DNA of 64,000 nt from Geosiphon pyriformis uo1 (Eukaryota; Fungi; Glomeromycota), in NCBI GenBank assembly GCA_016748015.1, contig JAAOMT010000779.1:331168-395167 (forward strand). Reading direction: 5' to 3'. How positions within the stretch are numbered: the first letter of the stretch is position 1; the number at the start of each line of letters is the position of its first letter. The translations under genes were made by a program, and so were the position numbers. The notes beneath the pieces were generated by a model. It had not been told where the DNA came from and did no database searches. It worked only from the letters and a program-made list of their open reading frames with translations. Shown here piece by piece: positions 35,898 through 49,979 of this stretch.

Positions 35898-36986
35898 TGT
35901 TACAGGTAAACTTGGTGGGTATGCAAAATGGTAATGTTTGGTGTTCTTAATTATTGATGATGTGTTTTCTGTATAATTTTGTTGGCTTAGTTTTGATTAT
36001 CAGTCTCTGAAGGTCTATTCCTGGATGTGAATTTTATCTGTTGAGTTCTTTGGTTATAAGGCACAGAGTTTGTCTTTCGTCGATTACAACGTTTTTCGTA
36101 AATGTGAGCTTTCTTCTCCGAGCTAATGAGCACAGTTATTAGGGTCTGGCATTGTCTTTTTGCCCTTCTGGTAAGTTAACAAGATAATGTTAATATCCAA
36201 AACTTAGGGGGAGCTTCTTTCTTTTACCAGGCTATCATGAAGTCTATTCCCAAACAGTCAATTTTACTATGTTGTTGCTCCATAAAAAATTAAGACAAAA
36301 AAAGAAAAAAAAAGAAAAAGAAAAGAAAAGAAAGAAAAGATAAATTAGTATCGTCAATTGCCATGATCAAAAGTGATTGGTTCAAATCATTAATAGGTTC
36401 AAAGTGGTTATGTTAAGAGCATCTGTTCTAGAATGGAGGTACGAAACAAGGGTTAATTCATGTAAATTTCACGAAGTTCGAGAACATGAATTCACGATTC
36501 TGATTTCTTTTAATAATTGATTTATTTCAGGAGATGAAATAGGGAAGATAATAAAGAATGAAAGGGTATGGATATTTTAATTTCTGGTCTAGAGATTCAT
36601 ATCTATTTTTTTCTTTTTTTCTTTTCTCACTTCTACAACTACTTGCTTTTATACATTCTTTTGGTTTTACAGGATTGCTTTCAATTGTCTCACTATCACT
36701 AGCTATTGCTTTGTTGTTTCTATTATTGCTTCGTTTTTCTACATTATCACTAGTTATCCTATGTTATAACACATTATTTGATGTTATTACATGTTATTCT
36801 GTGTTATCCTGCGTTATAACATGTTATCCTACGTTATTGTGTGCTATTCTGTGTTATCCTGCGTTATAACACGTTATCCAACATTATAACATGTTATCCA
36901 ACATTATTGCATGTTATTCTGTGTTATGTCATGTTTTTGGTCACATTTCTTCATAACTTTGGATCGGTTTTTTTACTCAGATAACA
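35898..36986 (-). repeat. Gypsy A 5' LTR (1089 bp)
   Basis: TGTTAC...ATAACA, with adjacent PBS. Confidence 0.97.
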
Positions 36987-39900
36987 ATGCAAAAAAAATC
37001 CTGTTCAAAAGAATCTTGGAAAAAATTTTACAAGTTGTCTCAATCAAAGCAATAGGATAAGTGTTCGTAAGAACACCCTTTCACTCATATGGTTTGGAGA
37101 TCATTGACACCCAAGTCTTCTTTTAAGGCCCAGGAATAAATTCACAATCCAAGCAAAAGTTCAAAAGCACCAAAAGCATATCCAAAACTGATTTGTCACA
37201 ATGTTTTCATAACTCATTTGAGATACTAAAAAGACCAGCCACTTTCCCATCAGGCAGATTTGAGATAACACCAGACATCTTATTGAAGTTAATTAAACAC
37301 ATCACATCAGAGAAGACATCATTAAAAACATACTCCAAAGACTAGTATTAGCAATGCCATACACCAGAGACAATAGAAACCACATTGCGCTTTCTAGTTC
37401 ATTCTTCTATGATCACATTCACTTTGGTTCTAACCAGATCAGATTCCAAAACTAATTCATCATTCATAACCAGATAATCTAAAGTCACTTTGCAAAAGAA
37501 ATGTTCTAACACACTCCTAATAGTATAATTTTTGTTTAATTCGAAACTTTTCATTTTCTTATCTATTGCTGACCTGATTTTAGATTCCCTAACATGTTCC
37601 ACTTCCAACATTTTGGAAGAGTAATATGACTTTCTAACTTTGGACAAAACTGACCAAATGGCATCAAAGAAGGAACCTGACAGAAAAAAAAACTTCATTA
37701 CAGAAGCATTAATTGAATTCAAACTTTCCTACTTGTCAAGCAAGAATGTAAATTCTTCAAAAGAATTCAAACAAAACGTCTTAACCAACTTTGACACTAA
37801 GAGCTCCAGCTTGTGAAATTTGAATGACTTCTTAACAAAAACGTGATCATAATTTTTAAACTATTTCTTCTTAAAAACTGCCTCAGCAAATAAACATAAT
37901 ACTTTACAGAGAACAACTTACATCGCATCCAAGTCTGAGTGCATTCTGGTCACAAGAAAGTTGTCATACAACATAGCAGCATTTGCCACCGTATCATCCT
38001 TAAATTTGGCCCATTTAATATTATCCGCCCCTTTGCAATTGTACTTCCAACAATTTTTATTTGCTTGTTTGCGAATAGAATTTAGTCAGACATCAAGCAA
38101 ACCATCTATATTTACCAACACTAAAACAGTCTGATGATCAGTATCAAAGTATTCCTTAACACCAAACACACCATGACCCACCACTGCATTGACCAAGTTC
38201 AAAGAAATGAGCACATAATCTATCATCTTGACAATGCCTTGAGAATTGGACTAAGTTGGTGCTTTTTCACAAGAGCTCTCACCTAAGGCATTAACTAAAC
38301 CAAAATCTAAACATTTCTTGAAACTTGTACACTTACTGAAACCATCTTCATTAAAATTACCTCCAAGAATAATGAAAGAAGATTTATTGACAGTCTTAGC
38401 AATAAGAGAATTGATATCACCAGTCTGAGAAAACTGGGCTACTGAAAAGACTTCAGCATAAAGCCCTAAAATTGACACTGAAAGTTTGTTTTTGAAAAGC
38501 AACTTGATAGACAGAAGCTGACCAGGCACTTCTGAAATTTTGCATATATGTCTTGTCAAAAAAGAGTTCATAACAACCACAACACCAGCACCCAGATAAC
38601 CAGATTTTAAACCAGAGGTAAACACTTGCACATCATCAAATTTGTTGACAATTCAGAGGTGAATCTTCCCTCTTAACTTTGATTCTGTGAAAATAGAAAC
38701 TAAATTGTTCTTTTCCTTGTGCCAATGAATGATATCATCCTGCTTAGCAGGATTGTTTATTCCTCTAACATTACAAATTACAACTTTCCAGATCATATCA
38801 CTCATTGAGAAGAAAGAGGGGTAGAAGCCGAACCAGTATTGTCTATTTTAGCTGAAAGGCTTATAACTGTGATCAAAAAATTGTTTAATGTTTCCTTCAT
38901 TTTCAAGATAACTACAGAATTGAAAACCACCACTCCTGCAACAGTTTCACTACTAGTGACCACACCCAAACTCTCACTCATTACTATATCTGCCTCTTGA
39001 TTCTATAATAAAGAGATCATCAACAGCTGACATTTAGGGCTAAGCTAAGAAACCATTGGCTCAGGTGTGTCCAACCTCTTAGCCAGCATGTCAATATGCT
39101 CTGTGAGGCTGGTAAAATTGCACTCAAGAGTGGCAAACCTATCACTCAATTCTGAAGATACCAGTGGGATAGGCTTCATCTCCAAAGAGAAGCCAGCTTT
39201 CAACAAAACATTCCAAGCAGAAAGAGAAGGAAAAGAAGACTCACCAGCAATTTATGTCCATGAGACACCACCAAAAGAAACAGAATAGGTAATTGGAGCT
39301 AAACATTTGGTGTATATGGCAGCCAGCCTACTTTTATCCAAGTCCAAGAGAGTCTTCCATAATGAAGCACCAGAAGAGACATTCTTTTTCCCACCAACAG
39401 GACAGGTCAATAACATATGGCCCAATTTCTTACACTCAGCACACTTGGCTGAAACAAAATAAGACCAGTGCAGATTGGCCTCCTTTAGTACAGACATGGT
39501 TTCTATAACAGCATCCAATAATTCAGCAGGATCAAAACAAACAGTAGCACACCTGGCCTGAGCATAAGAAACCAGGTAATGGTCAATTACACAAGTTTTC
39601 CCACCCACTGAGACAACATAATCTCAAATATCATGTGCATTGGTTTCTATTGATAGAGTATACAAAAGGGCTTTGTAAATATCTTGTGCATTCCATGATT
39701 CTTTGTTTATGTCAGATCTAGCAATGCACACAGCATTTTTCCCAATCAGGATAGATCAATATGCTGCGACCAAATCAGTATGCTCAACCTTTCCAAATTC
39801 AACCACTGTTTTCTGCCACAGCCCCACCAATTGCATATTAATCGACTTAATAATGCCAAACTTAGATAGTGCAGTATGCACAGTCTTAGTTAATATACCA

Positions 39901-42427
39901 ATTGGAATCTTCTTTAACACCACAGTCCAATCTGAATGTCCAGATGATTTTTTGAGATCGAAGTTTACCATAATCTTTGCTTTTTCAGCCTTTTTGGAAG
40001 CCTGCACCAGACTTAATTTAGAAGTAAACATTGCTCTGATGATCTCAACAAATTTTGAGGAAGTAAAGGCCCTCCCAAAACCATTGACTTTTGAAAACAA
40101 CTTCTTGACTACTTGAAGCTTTTCTTAAGAAGATTTTCTAACCATCTTGTCCAAACCAATATCCAAAATAAAGAACTTATGAACAGAAATGTTAACCAGA
40201 TTCTTTAAAGGTGGGGGGAGTTCTAATGAAGCATCTAAAAGAATACTATTCTCATTGTTGCTTATAGAGAAATCAATTTTTCCTAAAGGTTTGCCCAATG
40301 CCTTCTTGGTTTTAACTTTTGAACTAATAGATGTTTAATTAGGATCACCAGCAATAGCACTACCTTCACCATAATCAAAACTGGTCTCTTTCACCAGACA
40401 TTCCTCTTTCATATCAATGCTATCAGATTCAGTAGTGTCACTAGTCTTTGAACTTCATGAGCAACTAATTTGGACCTTAAAACCAACAATATTACCACCA
40501 GAACCATTCTCTAAAACACCATCTCTCCTTTTTTTTCTTGGAAGAACAGATTTGAAGCCATCACCAGAACCAGAGACCTTAGCAGCCTTTTTCATGACAG
40601 CAATACTACAGCTAATGGTGGCCTCATAATCAAGAATAAAAGGTTTGGATTTATTGTACTAAATTGTAAAAAACTTTTTTCAAAAAAACTGACTCTTTTT
40701 TGGGAATTTGGGATGAATGAGAGAAAAAAGTTTTTCAATTTGGTTTATTTATATTATAAAATATTAAATTTATATATATTTAATATATTTTTTTGTTATA
40801 ATTTTCTTTAATTATTTTTTATTATTTTTAATAATTTTTATTATTATTATTTATTAACTTATTATTTAACTTATAATATAATAATATTTTTTGTAAAATT
40901 ATTTTGTTTTTTATTATATAAATAATTAAAAAAATACTTTGTAATATTTTTTTTAATTTTAATGAGTGAAATTCAACTGTTATTTAATATATAGAACCAA
41001 ACTAAGTAGCTTAAACTAAATATAATTCATATATTTTTTATATATGATTAACTATTTAAGCCAGATAAAGCAATATTATATATTTATATGAATTTTTATA
41101 TTATTATTCAAGTTAGAAAAAACAAATACAGTTTGCATTTACCAAAACTAATAGCAAAAAATTTAATTATTTCTAAAAAATAAATTATATTATCTGATAA
41201 ACCAGTTATTAAGCCAGTAGTTAAATCAGATATTATACTATTATTATTTATTAAATTTGCTCTCTCAATATCTGTTTTAAACTTAATCATAATAAACTAT
41301 ACTCTTAAATAATAAATTTTTACTAATTATCTCATATATACAATTACAGTATTCAAAGTTTTTTTCTTGTTATTAAACATTATTATAGCTTTTAAATATT
41401 ATTTTTTTAGCACAAATTTCTTGTAAATTGTAACATACAAACTTATATTAACCAAATATTTAGAAAAAGTTTTTAGTATGACAGAAAAAAAGAAAGTACA
41501 AACACCAATTAAAAAAAATCAGATGTTAAAAAGCTTAATCAGAATTTTTTTATAAACAAAAACATATTTAGAGTAAATAAAAACATGATCTAAAAATTTT
41601 ATTTTCTTATACAATAAACATAATATTCTAAAGTATTTCTTATCATACAATTTTTTTTTAATAGTTACAAGCAAATATTTATGTACAGCTTTTATTAAAT
41701 ATATATACAGATTGGCAAATTTATTGTTTATAAAACCAGAAAACATGTGTAAATTAGGATGTTATTGTTACAGATAATTATTTAGAGTGTTGGTACAAAT
41801 AACAAACTTATAACTTAGTGTTTAATAGCTTGATAATATTAGTAATATCTAAAGATTTTAGTTGAATCTTTTATATAATAAACAAAGATTCAATAGATAG
41901 TTTCTTCTATGAATTTTTTTTTAGTATAATAGCTGGTTTAATCTGGCAATTATGCTTTTTTAATAAACTATCCTTAAATTTTTACTTTTATCTTTGAGTT
42001 TTTTACCAGATTATTTTTAATATCAAATATTTAGCACTTAATTTTTTTTAATTAATTAGTAAACAACAAAAAAAACAAAACAAAAAAATAATGAAAATAA
42101 AAGAAAATAAAAAATTAGTATTTTATCAATAGTTATAATCAAAAGCTATTGATCCAATGTAATTAAATATTGAATTCTATTAATATAGAGTATTAATAGA
42201 ATAAAAATGATTAATATTTCTTAATTAAGCAATAATAATATGGATTTAGGTGATAATAAATATTTTATTAATATGTAATTTGATTTTGTTTCAAATTGTA
42301 AAAAACCATCTTTTAAAGAAAAAAGTATTAGATAATTAATTAATTGTTGGTATTGATTCTGTCTTTTATGTTTTTAATATTTTTACTATATATATATAAT
42401 TTTTGTTATATAAAATCTTATATTTTC

Positions 42428-42600
42428 TTAAGCAATATGTCCTATTTTTTCTAATAATGCTTTTATTACTAAGCAATATATCATAATTTTCTGATAATAT
42501 GTTCATTGCTAAGCAGTGTGTCATAATTCACTAACAATATACACATTGTTAAGCAATATGTCATAATTTTTTGACATTATGCTTACTTGCTAAGTATTAT
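42428..42600. repeat. ~31-bp tandem repeats within the Gypsy B LTR
   Basis: About five units of taagcaatatgtcataattttctgaYaat. Also present at 48380-48447, 58111-58143 and 62552-62630. Confidence 0.75.
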
Positions 42601-45600
42601 TTTCCTATTGGTCTATTTTTCTATTTGTTTTTTCTACTTTCTTTTTTTGTATTTTTTCTATAAATAATATTATTTTCTTTTTTAATATTAAGCTCTGTTA
42701 AAATTTTTATTTTGAATTAAGTTTATTATTTTTTTTAATATTGTTTATTCAATTTTGTTCCTTATTTTTTTATATTAAAAGTTGTTTATTCTTCTTTATT
42801 GATTAACAGTTATTGTTTCTATTTTTTAGTATAGCAGTATTTTTGGATAACTTTAAAATATGGTATGTAGTTAGTAAATTGTTTTGATGTATAGTTTGGA
42901 TTTTGTCTTTTTTTTCATAAAATCTTCAATTTATTGTACTATTTCTTGATTGAATATTCTTTTGAATTTATTAATATATAATTTCTGGATATTTAGCTTT
43001 TGTTTCAATTGATAATAATAGTATAATACTGGAAGTTGTTCTATTTATAGCTTTCAGTTTTCTTTAATTAGCTCTTTTGTTAAGATTATTAATAGTATTT
43101 TCCCAAAAGTGTTTATTACTTTTTCTATAACTTTATTTAACTAGTGTTTTGTTTGATTCTGTGGTTACTGATATGTAGTGCTTTTTGCTTTTTTTGCTTT
43201 TTGGTGTTTTGATAACAAATAATTTGGTAATTAATAACAATTTCTATGTTTAATTATTGTTAATTTATGATCTAAAATAATTGTTGTACTATTGTGTATA
43301 TTGAAATTTTGATGTGTTTGTTGTTTTTGGCTGGTATATAAAGATTAATAATGGCAATTTTTCTTAATTTACAAATGTTTGTTTCTGTTTCAAAAATTTG
43401 GGATTGGTCTTTTACTTTTTTTTTTATAACTATCATATATTAGTTATATGATAAAATAAAAATTGATTAATGAATAGAAATAATTTCTCTTTTATTAATT
43501 GTTTCTTCTTCTGTTATATTAACTGGTATATTTATTCTACTCATTAATTTGAATTTTTTTATCTTTTTTACTGTAATTCCTAACTCTTTCCTTATTTTTA
43601 CTAATATTAACTAAGCTATTTTAATTAGAGACAAAAATATTGTCTGTAGTATCTTTTTATTTGGTTCAATTATATATATCTTTTCCAAGTTGTTTTGTAG
43701 TATTGTAATAATATTTCTTATATATCTTGTATTAATTATTTTTCTTTTGATATTAATCTTTTTTTTCACTAAACTAAATCTAAAGACTAGTTGAATTATT
43801 GTTATTACTGAAATTTTCAGTGCTATTTTCAGATCTATACTAATATGTAAATGAAATTCCAATCTGATAGCAGTTTTCCTTAAATACTTAAAATCAAACT
43901 CTGTATTGGTATTATATGCATGTTCTGACATAATATTTTTATTATTATTGCTAAACCATTTTAGTTCTTATTCCATTAACAAATCTGGAAGTGCAATATA
44001 CTGTTTGGAGTGGTAATTGGAATTTGAATTGTCATTGTTATTGTTATAATAAATAGAATTAGAATCATTGTTGTCATTATTGTCAAAGTCTGAATTGTAA
44101 TTGATTTTCAATTCTGATTCTGATATGTATTCGCTAATTGGTTCTTTTTTTTTGGAAATTGAATAAATTATGCATAATAGTAGATTTTAAATAAGATCAC
44201 AATTATTACAATATTCAAAATCACTGAAAATTAGGCAATATTTACAAAGTCTTGTATTTAACTGTTTCAAATACTGTTTTTTTTTTTTTAATAGGTGCTA
44301 AGTCTTAATAGTATTTATAAAATTGTTCTGAATCATTTAGAATATTAATAAATACATCTGAATTAAAAATGAAAACAGTTTTGATTGGTTTTGGTAGATT
44401 ATTCTTGATTGTTAATATTTTATTAAGTAAAATGTCTTTAACTTTGGCACTTATCATTTGCCAAATTTTGTCTTCATTATATAAGTAGTCATTCAAGTAT
44501 AAAAGTGCTCAATTTTATGTAACATTAAAAAATATTTCTTAGCTTACCCAATCACTTATTAGGATCATGTATTAATACAATATGTTATATGTTTAATCAA
44601 GAATATTATTCTATATTTTTTTATTAAGTAATGTTTTTCTACAAGTGAGATATGGTTTGTTGTTCTATTTTTTTTGTCATTTAGGGTGATTAAAGTATTC
44701 TTAATAACATAACTTGTAGTGATAATAAGCACATATTTAGTAGTTTTTGTTTAGTAAAATCCAAGCTCTCATAAATAAAAGCTTTTCTTTATAATTAATA
44801 TACTTAAATAGAATATATAACAGTTTTTTTTTTGTGTTCATAAAATAAGATTAGTTTTAATTACTAGTTATTTTTTTGGTGGCTGTGATGACTTTTGGTT
44901 TATTTTCTTTCTTTTTTTTTTTGTCATTTTAAAAAAGTATTAGTGGTAATTTGTTGTGTTTATCTTTAGCCCATAAAACTTAATAAACTTCTCAGATAGG
45001 TTTTGTTTTCTTTTTTCAAATTTGATTAGTAATAATTAAGTAGTAGTGTTTGATTTGAAGTAGCTATAAGTAGCAAATATCTGAGTTTGCTAACTATTTT
45101 AATTAAGCTATAGCTCCTAAATATTTCAGTTGAGCATAGTATTGGTTTTGGACAGCCAGTTATTATCAATAAAAGTCTGGTACTGTATGGTTTCTATTAC
45201 AAAAACCTTGATAAATGCCATAATACTATTAATTTCAAATGAGAAGTTGTCAATTTTACCAATAAAAATTTTTATTATTTCATTGATTGTAATTATTCTG
45301 GCACTAGCAGCACAATCAACTTAATAACTTAATTAGTTCATAAGTTGTCATGTGATAATGTTGTCTGCTAAACTACTATTAAAGATTAGTTTAATAAGGT
45401 GGCTATTAACTTTAATATTAATATACATAGTGGTAATTGGTTTGGTATTGAGAACAGCTTTATTAAACAAGAGTGTTTCTAATTGGATTTCTAATTCGAA
45501 GAAAAATATAGCTACAAATAATTCATCTTTTATAATAGTTGCTAGTAGAATATTGTTGGTAAGTGTTTGGTTAATTTCCAAATTGTTAGATGCATTGTCT

Positions 45601-48600
45601 TCTGGAATAACCAGAAGACTTAAATAGTTTTGAAAATTTGAGTTTTAAGTATATTCACTTTTTAAACTCTGCTGGCATAATTCTGATAGTTAATTTGATA
45701 AACTGAAAATTGGTTGGTACTTTATTATTGCTGATCTCCAATTCTGTTCTGTGTAAGTAATTTTTAATCTTTGGTTACTAGTTAATATTTAACTTAGATT
45801 TTGTAGTAATGCTTAAATTGATAATAGTTAATAGATAATTTGTGATTATGGCTGATAAATGATTTGTAACTGTAACTAATAGATGATTAATGCTAAAGTT
45901 TAATATATTAGAGATGAATATATTGGGTATTGTGTTATTAAGATATAATAAGATTAATATTGTTTCTAATTTTGAGTGTAATTTAAAGTTTAAAACTGGT
46001 GATTAGGGTTTTAATATTGATTTTTTAATTATTAGTTATTTAACTTTACATGGCAGTTTAATTTTAAGTGTTTTTGTTTATTACAATAGTGGCAGATATG
46101 TGTTTCTTGCTGTCACAATTGGTTAGTTGATAAAGATGATAGATGTAATTGACTTTAGAAATAATTGGAGTTTCTTTAATTGTTACAATATTGTGAAAAT
46201 TGATAGATTGTCTAATTGTTAACTAAGTATTCCTTAATTTTTTGATTAATGGCTTTATCAAATTGTTTCAATTTAATATTCAATTCAAATGATTTGTTTA
46301 TTACTAAGTTGACAGCATGGGCATAGTTGGCTTCAAATTCAGCTAATTCAAAATTTTAGGTGTGTGTAATTGTATTTTGAAGTGTATTTGGGTCTATTGG
46401 ACATATTTTTTGTAAAAAACTGCTGTATAATCTGCAAATAAACTGGTTCAAAATTTGTGTTTTGGTAAAATAATCAGCTTGTATTGTCTGTATTTGATGC
46501 AAATTTCTGTAGAAATGTTCTAAATAAGTAGTAACTGCTTCAATTTCACCTTGTTTAAGTATGGTAAAACTAGTTAATAACCAATTAATACTGTTATAAT
46601 CACTAAAATATTATAGAAACATGGTTTTAAATATGTTAAAAGTTTGTGATTTGTTGATAAAGTTCTAATATCACAAGTTGGCAGTATTTTATAAGAAGTA
46701 GAAAATGGCTTGAAAGACTTTAACATTGTTCTAGTTATTGGCTATAATTGTCTTGGTAATGTTGTTCAACTATGTTTGAATATTGTTTTCTTTACTGGTA
46801 AATTTTTTAAGTTTAACAATAAGTGTATATGTCATAGATGTTTGCTGTTACTGTTGTGGTTGTTATTGAAGTTGTTATTATGGTGAGATAATTAGTACAA
46901 CTAGTAGATTGATTATAATTACTAAAGGTAAGTCTTGCTGAATAATTGGAATAGAATTTAAATTGTTTAAATTTTACAAAGTTTAAATAATCAAAGTTTG
47001 TATTTTCAAGTTATTTAGAATTAGATTTTGGTTATTATTTTCTTGATTACTGTTTTCTTTTTCTTTTGGATCAGTATTTTTTTAACAACTAGTGGATCCG
47101 AAATCTGGTTAAAATAATGGTAATCAAAGTCTTGATAAGTTGTTGATTATAATTTAAATTCTTTAAAATAATTGTCATATGTTTTTAATAATTTGGCTTT
47201 TTCTTAATTATTTTGGAATAATACTTTGGGTAATAGTGTTTTTATGGTATATAATAGTATAATAGATAAATAAGTAAAATGACTCTTAATTTCTTCCAAT
47301 TAAACAGTTGTATTTTTTTGGTGTTTCTATTAGTGTTTGTAATTTTTTTTTGTTTGCAAAAGTAAAAAAAAATTTCTGTTGGATGTAATTTTCAATTTTT
47401 TGTTTATTTTTATAATTATTGATACAAACAGATAATTTGGTAAAAGTGTAGTGTCTTAGAATAATTTATTATAGAAATTGTTGAGAATAGCTTTTGGATT
47501 CTTTTGGTCTTCTAAGTAGAATTTAATTTTTTTATTAATGTAATAATTGAAAGCTGATTTAATTGGCTAATTGTTTTTTGTTAATTTCAAATAATTTTGA
47601 TAATGTTGAAATAAAAATTTTGCAAATTCTAAATAATTTTTTTCTATAATTTTTTGGTCTGTTATTTTTTTAGATGATTGATGTTAGTGTTAGTTTTTTG
47701 TTGGATTATACCTCACAGAGAGCACCAAATATTATAAGTAATTATGTGGAATGTTGATACAAATAAACCTGTAACTTGGTGCTTAATAGCTTGGTAATAT
47801 TAGTAATATTTGAAGGTTTTGAAGTCTAAAGGTTTTGGTTAAGTTCTTTGTATTATGAACAAAAATTCAATAAATAGTTTCTTCTGTGAATTTCTTTCTT
47901 TAGCATAATGACCAGTTTAATCTGACAGTTATGTTTTTTTGGTAAGCTATCTTTAAATTTCTACCCTTATTTCTGGATATTTTACTAAACTATTTTTGAT
48001 GTCAAATACTTAGCACTTAATTTTTTAATCATTTAGTAAACAACAAAGAAAACAAAACAAAAAAAATAAAAATAAAATAAGAAATTAGTATCTTATCAAT
48101 AGTTGTGATCAAAAATTATTGGTTTAGTATGGTTAAGTATTAATAGAATGGAAGTAATTAATATTTCTTAATCAAGTAATAATAACATAAATTCAAATAA
48201 TAATAGATATTTTATTAATGTGTAATTTGATTTTGCTTCAAGTTATAGAAAACTACTTTTTGAAAGAAAAGATATTAAATTATTAATTGATTATTGATAT
48301 TAATTCTGTCTTTTTTGCTTTTAATATTTTTATTATATATACATAATTTTTGTTATATAAGATCTCATATTTTCTTATATAATATGTACTATTTTCTTTA
48401 ATAATACTCTTATTGCTAAGCAATATACTATAATTTTCTGACAATGTTGTTATAGGATGGTTTTCTTGGTATATATTTAATTGCTGATATCCTGTCCTAA
48501 TTACAATTAGTCTTTTGTGAATTCCTTAATTCTAATTGTATGATAATATTGGTATTTAAGCTGCTGGTTTCCTTTTGATGTCCTGATATAAGCTATTTTT

Positions 48601-49311
48601 CAATCTCTGATTATTGTATGTGTTTATGTACTCCTTTCCAGAGGCTGAACTGAAATCTACCTGCTGTCTGGGGTCTTTTCTGAGGCTATCTTTGCAATTG
48701 CCTAATGTGTTTCTCTAATCTAGAAACATGGAATGTTAATAGCCTTTAGTGCTTTTCTTAATTCTTACAATAAAGCTTTTATCAATTAGTAACAACGTGA
48801 ATAATCTTGATCAAGGATTATTTTTCCAAAAAATTTAGCTAATGAATAATAGTTTCATTCAATAAATAATACAAGTAAGTTTTTTAACACTTTGGATTGT
48901 GATAATTTAGTTTTAAATATTCTTTTTCATTTCTTTTTAATTTAAAGGTTTCTTGAGATATTTTATTTAAAAGTACGATTTAAAGTGGAGTTTGTTGGAT
49001 AAATTGAATCTATTACTTGATAAGTTATGATTTTTATTACTTCATTGCTTTTCTCAATATTAAAGCTACTGTATATATACATATTTGTAGTTCTATAAGA
49101 AAACATATTTTAATACTTTCTTTTTGATATTTCAATCTGGTGTTTGCTGCTATTGTAAACTAGTGCTTATTACTATCATGAAATAGTGTTTGCTATTATG
49201 TTAATCATTACTTTTCTAAGATTATTACTGCACTATATTATAATTGAATAGTTTATATTATTTTTATGATTCTTTTTCTAAATTCTTAAACCATAACATT
49301 ATCCTCTCCTT

Positions 49312-49979
49312 TCAAGATTGAGCTTCATCGAAATCAAAGTTAATTTCTTCATTAAATTCTAAGTTACTATAGTGGTCCAATACTGTGTTATTAATTTGTT
49401 GTTGTAATTCTTGAAATTACAAGTTGGTAAATTGTCCAATACTGTTAGTTGTTATTATGTTCATGGTTGAGTCCAATAATAGTTTGTGACAGTTTTCAAA
49501 TGCTTTAAAAATTCTGTAAACTGTTTTTAAATAGAATGTAGTATTGGTTTTTCCAATAAAAGGTTCTAATAGTTGGATTGTTGTTTTGTCAAACACTCTA
49601 GTTGAGTCTTTTAAGTATAATGTTTGTATGTTCAAGTGCTTTCCTAGTTGATAATAACAGTAGTTAATTGGAAATTTTGTTTTCAAGTTGCTAAATGTGT
49701 CTGGTGTTAATTCACTTATTTTTATTTCTTCTATTATTAATGTATTGCCTAATATTATTTCTAATTTTTCAATAACTTTGCTGATAAATTTGTTGTTATG
49801 TTTGATAATATTATATGATTCAAAATTATGTTCTTTTCTTGTTTTTGGATTTTCTATTGTTCTTTTTATGTATGTTATTTTGGAGCTATTAACTGTAATT
49901 TTCAGATTGAATTTAATTATTGTAAGCTTTTAACTAATTGTTGAATTATATTGTTGATGTTTTCTGGAATAAGTATCAT
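49312..49979 (-). pseudogene. Gypsy C extra 3' ORF of unknown function
   Basis: Includes ORF 49417-49686 and ends ...FDFDEAQS* at the PPT. Aligns with the Gypsy A extra ORF. Confidence 0.75.

Larger units (their letters stand above)
26775..36986 (-). mobile_element. Ty3/Gypsy LTR retrotransposon family A, full length (10.2 kb), degenerate
   Basis: Paired LTRs and 4-bp TSD ATGC (26771-26774 / 36987-36990). Order: gag (knuckle YYYCQKPEHIAHDC), PR (LILDSGSAGSII), Cys-rich insert, dUTPase, RT (VYLDD), RNase H (MDTS, DLEC, YTDH), IN (H-H-C-C, IDL, VVDYLTKW, WDGPF), extra 3' ORF. No chromodomain seen. Confidence 0.97.
23769..40730 (-). mobile_element. LINE copy 3, full length, interrupted by Gypsy A
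   Basis: Poly(T) 23769-23784. ORF2 stop 23904-23906, CCHC (CLFCSNVEVSNHVFSC), RNase H 24635-25369, RT 25620-26770 resuming at 36991, APE 38251-38805, ORF1 to ~40595, 5' end CTTTTTTCTCTC at ~40730. Confidence 0.95.
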
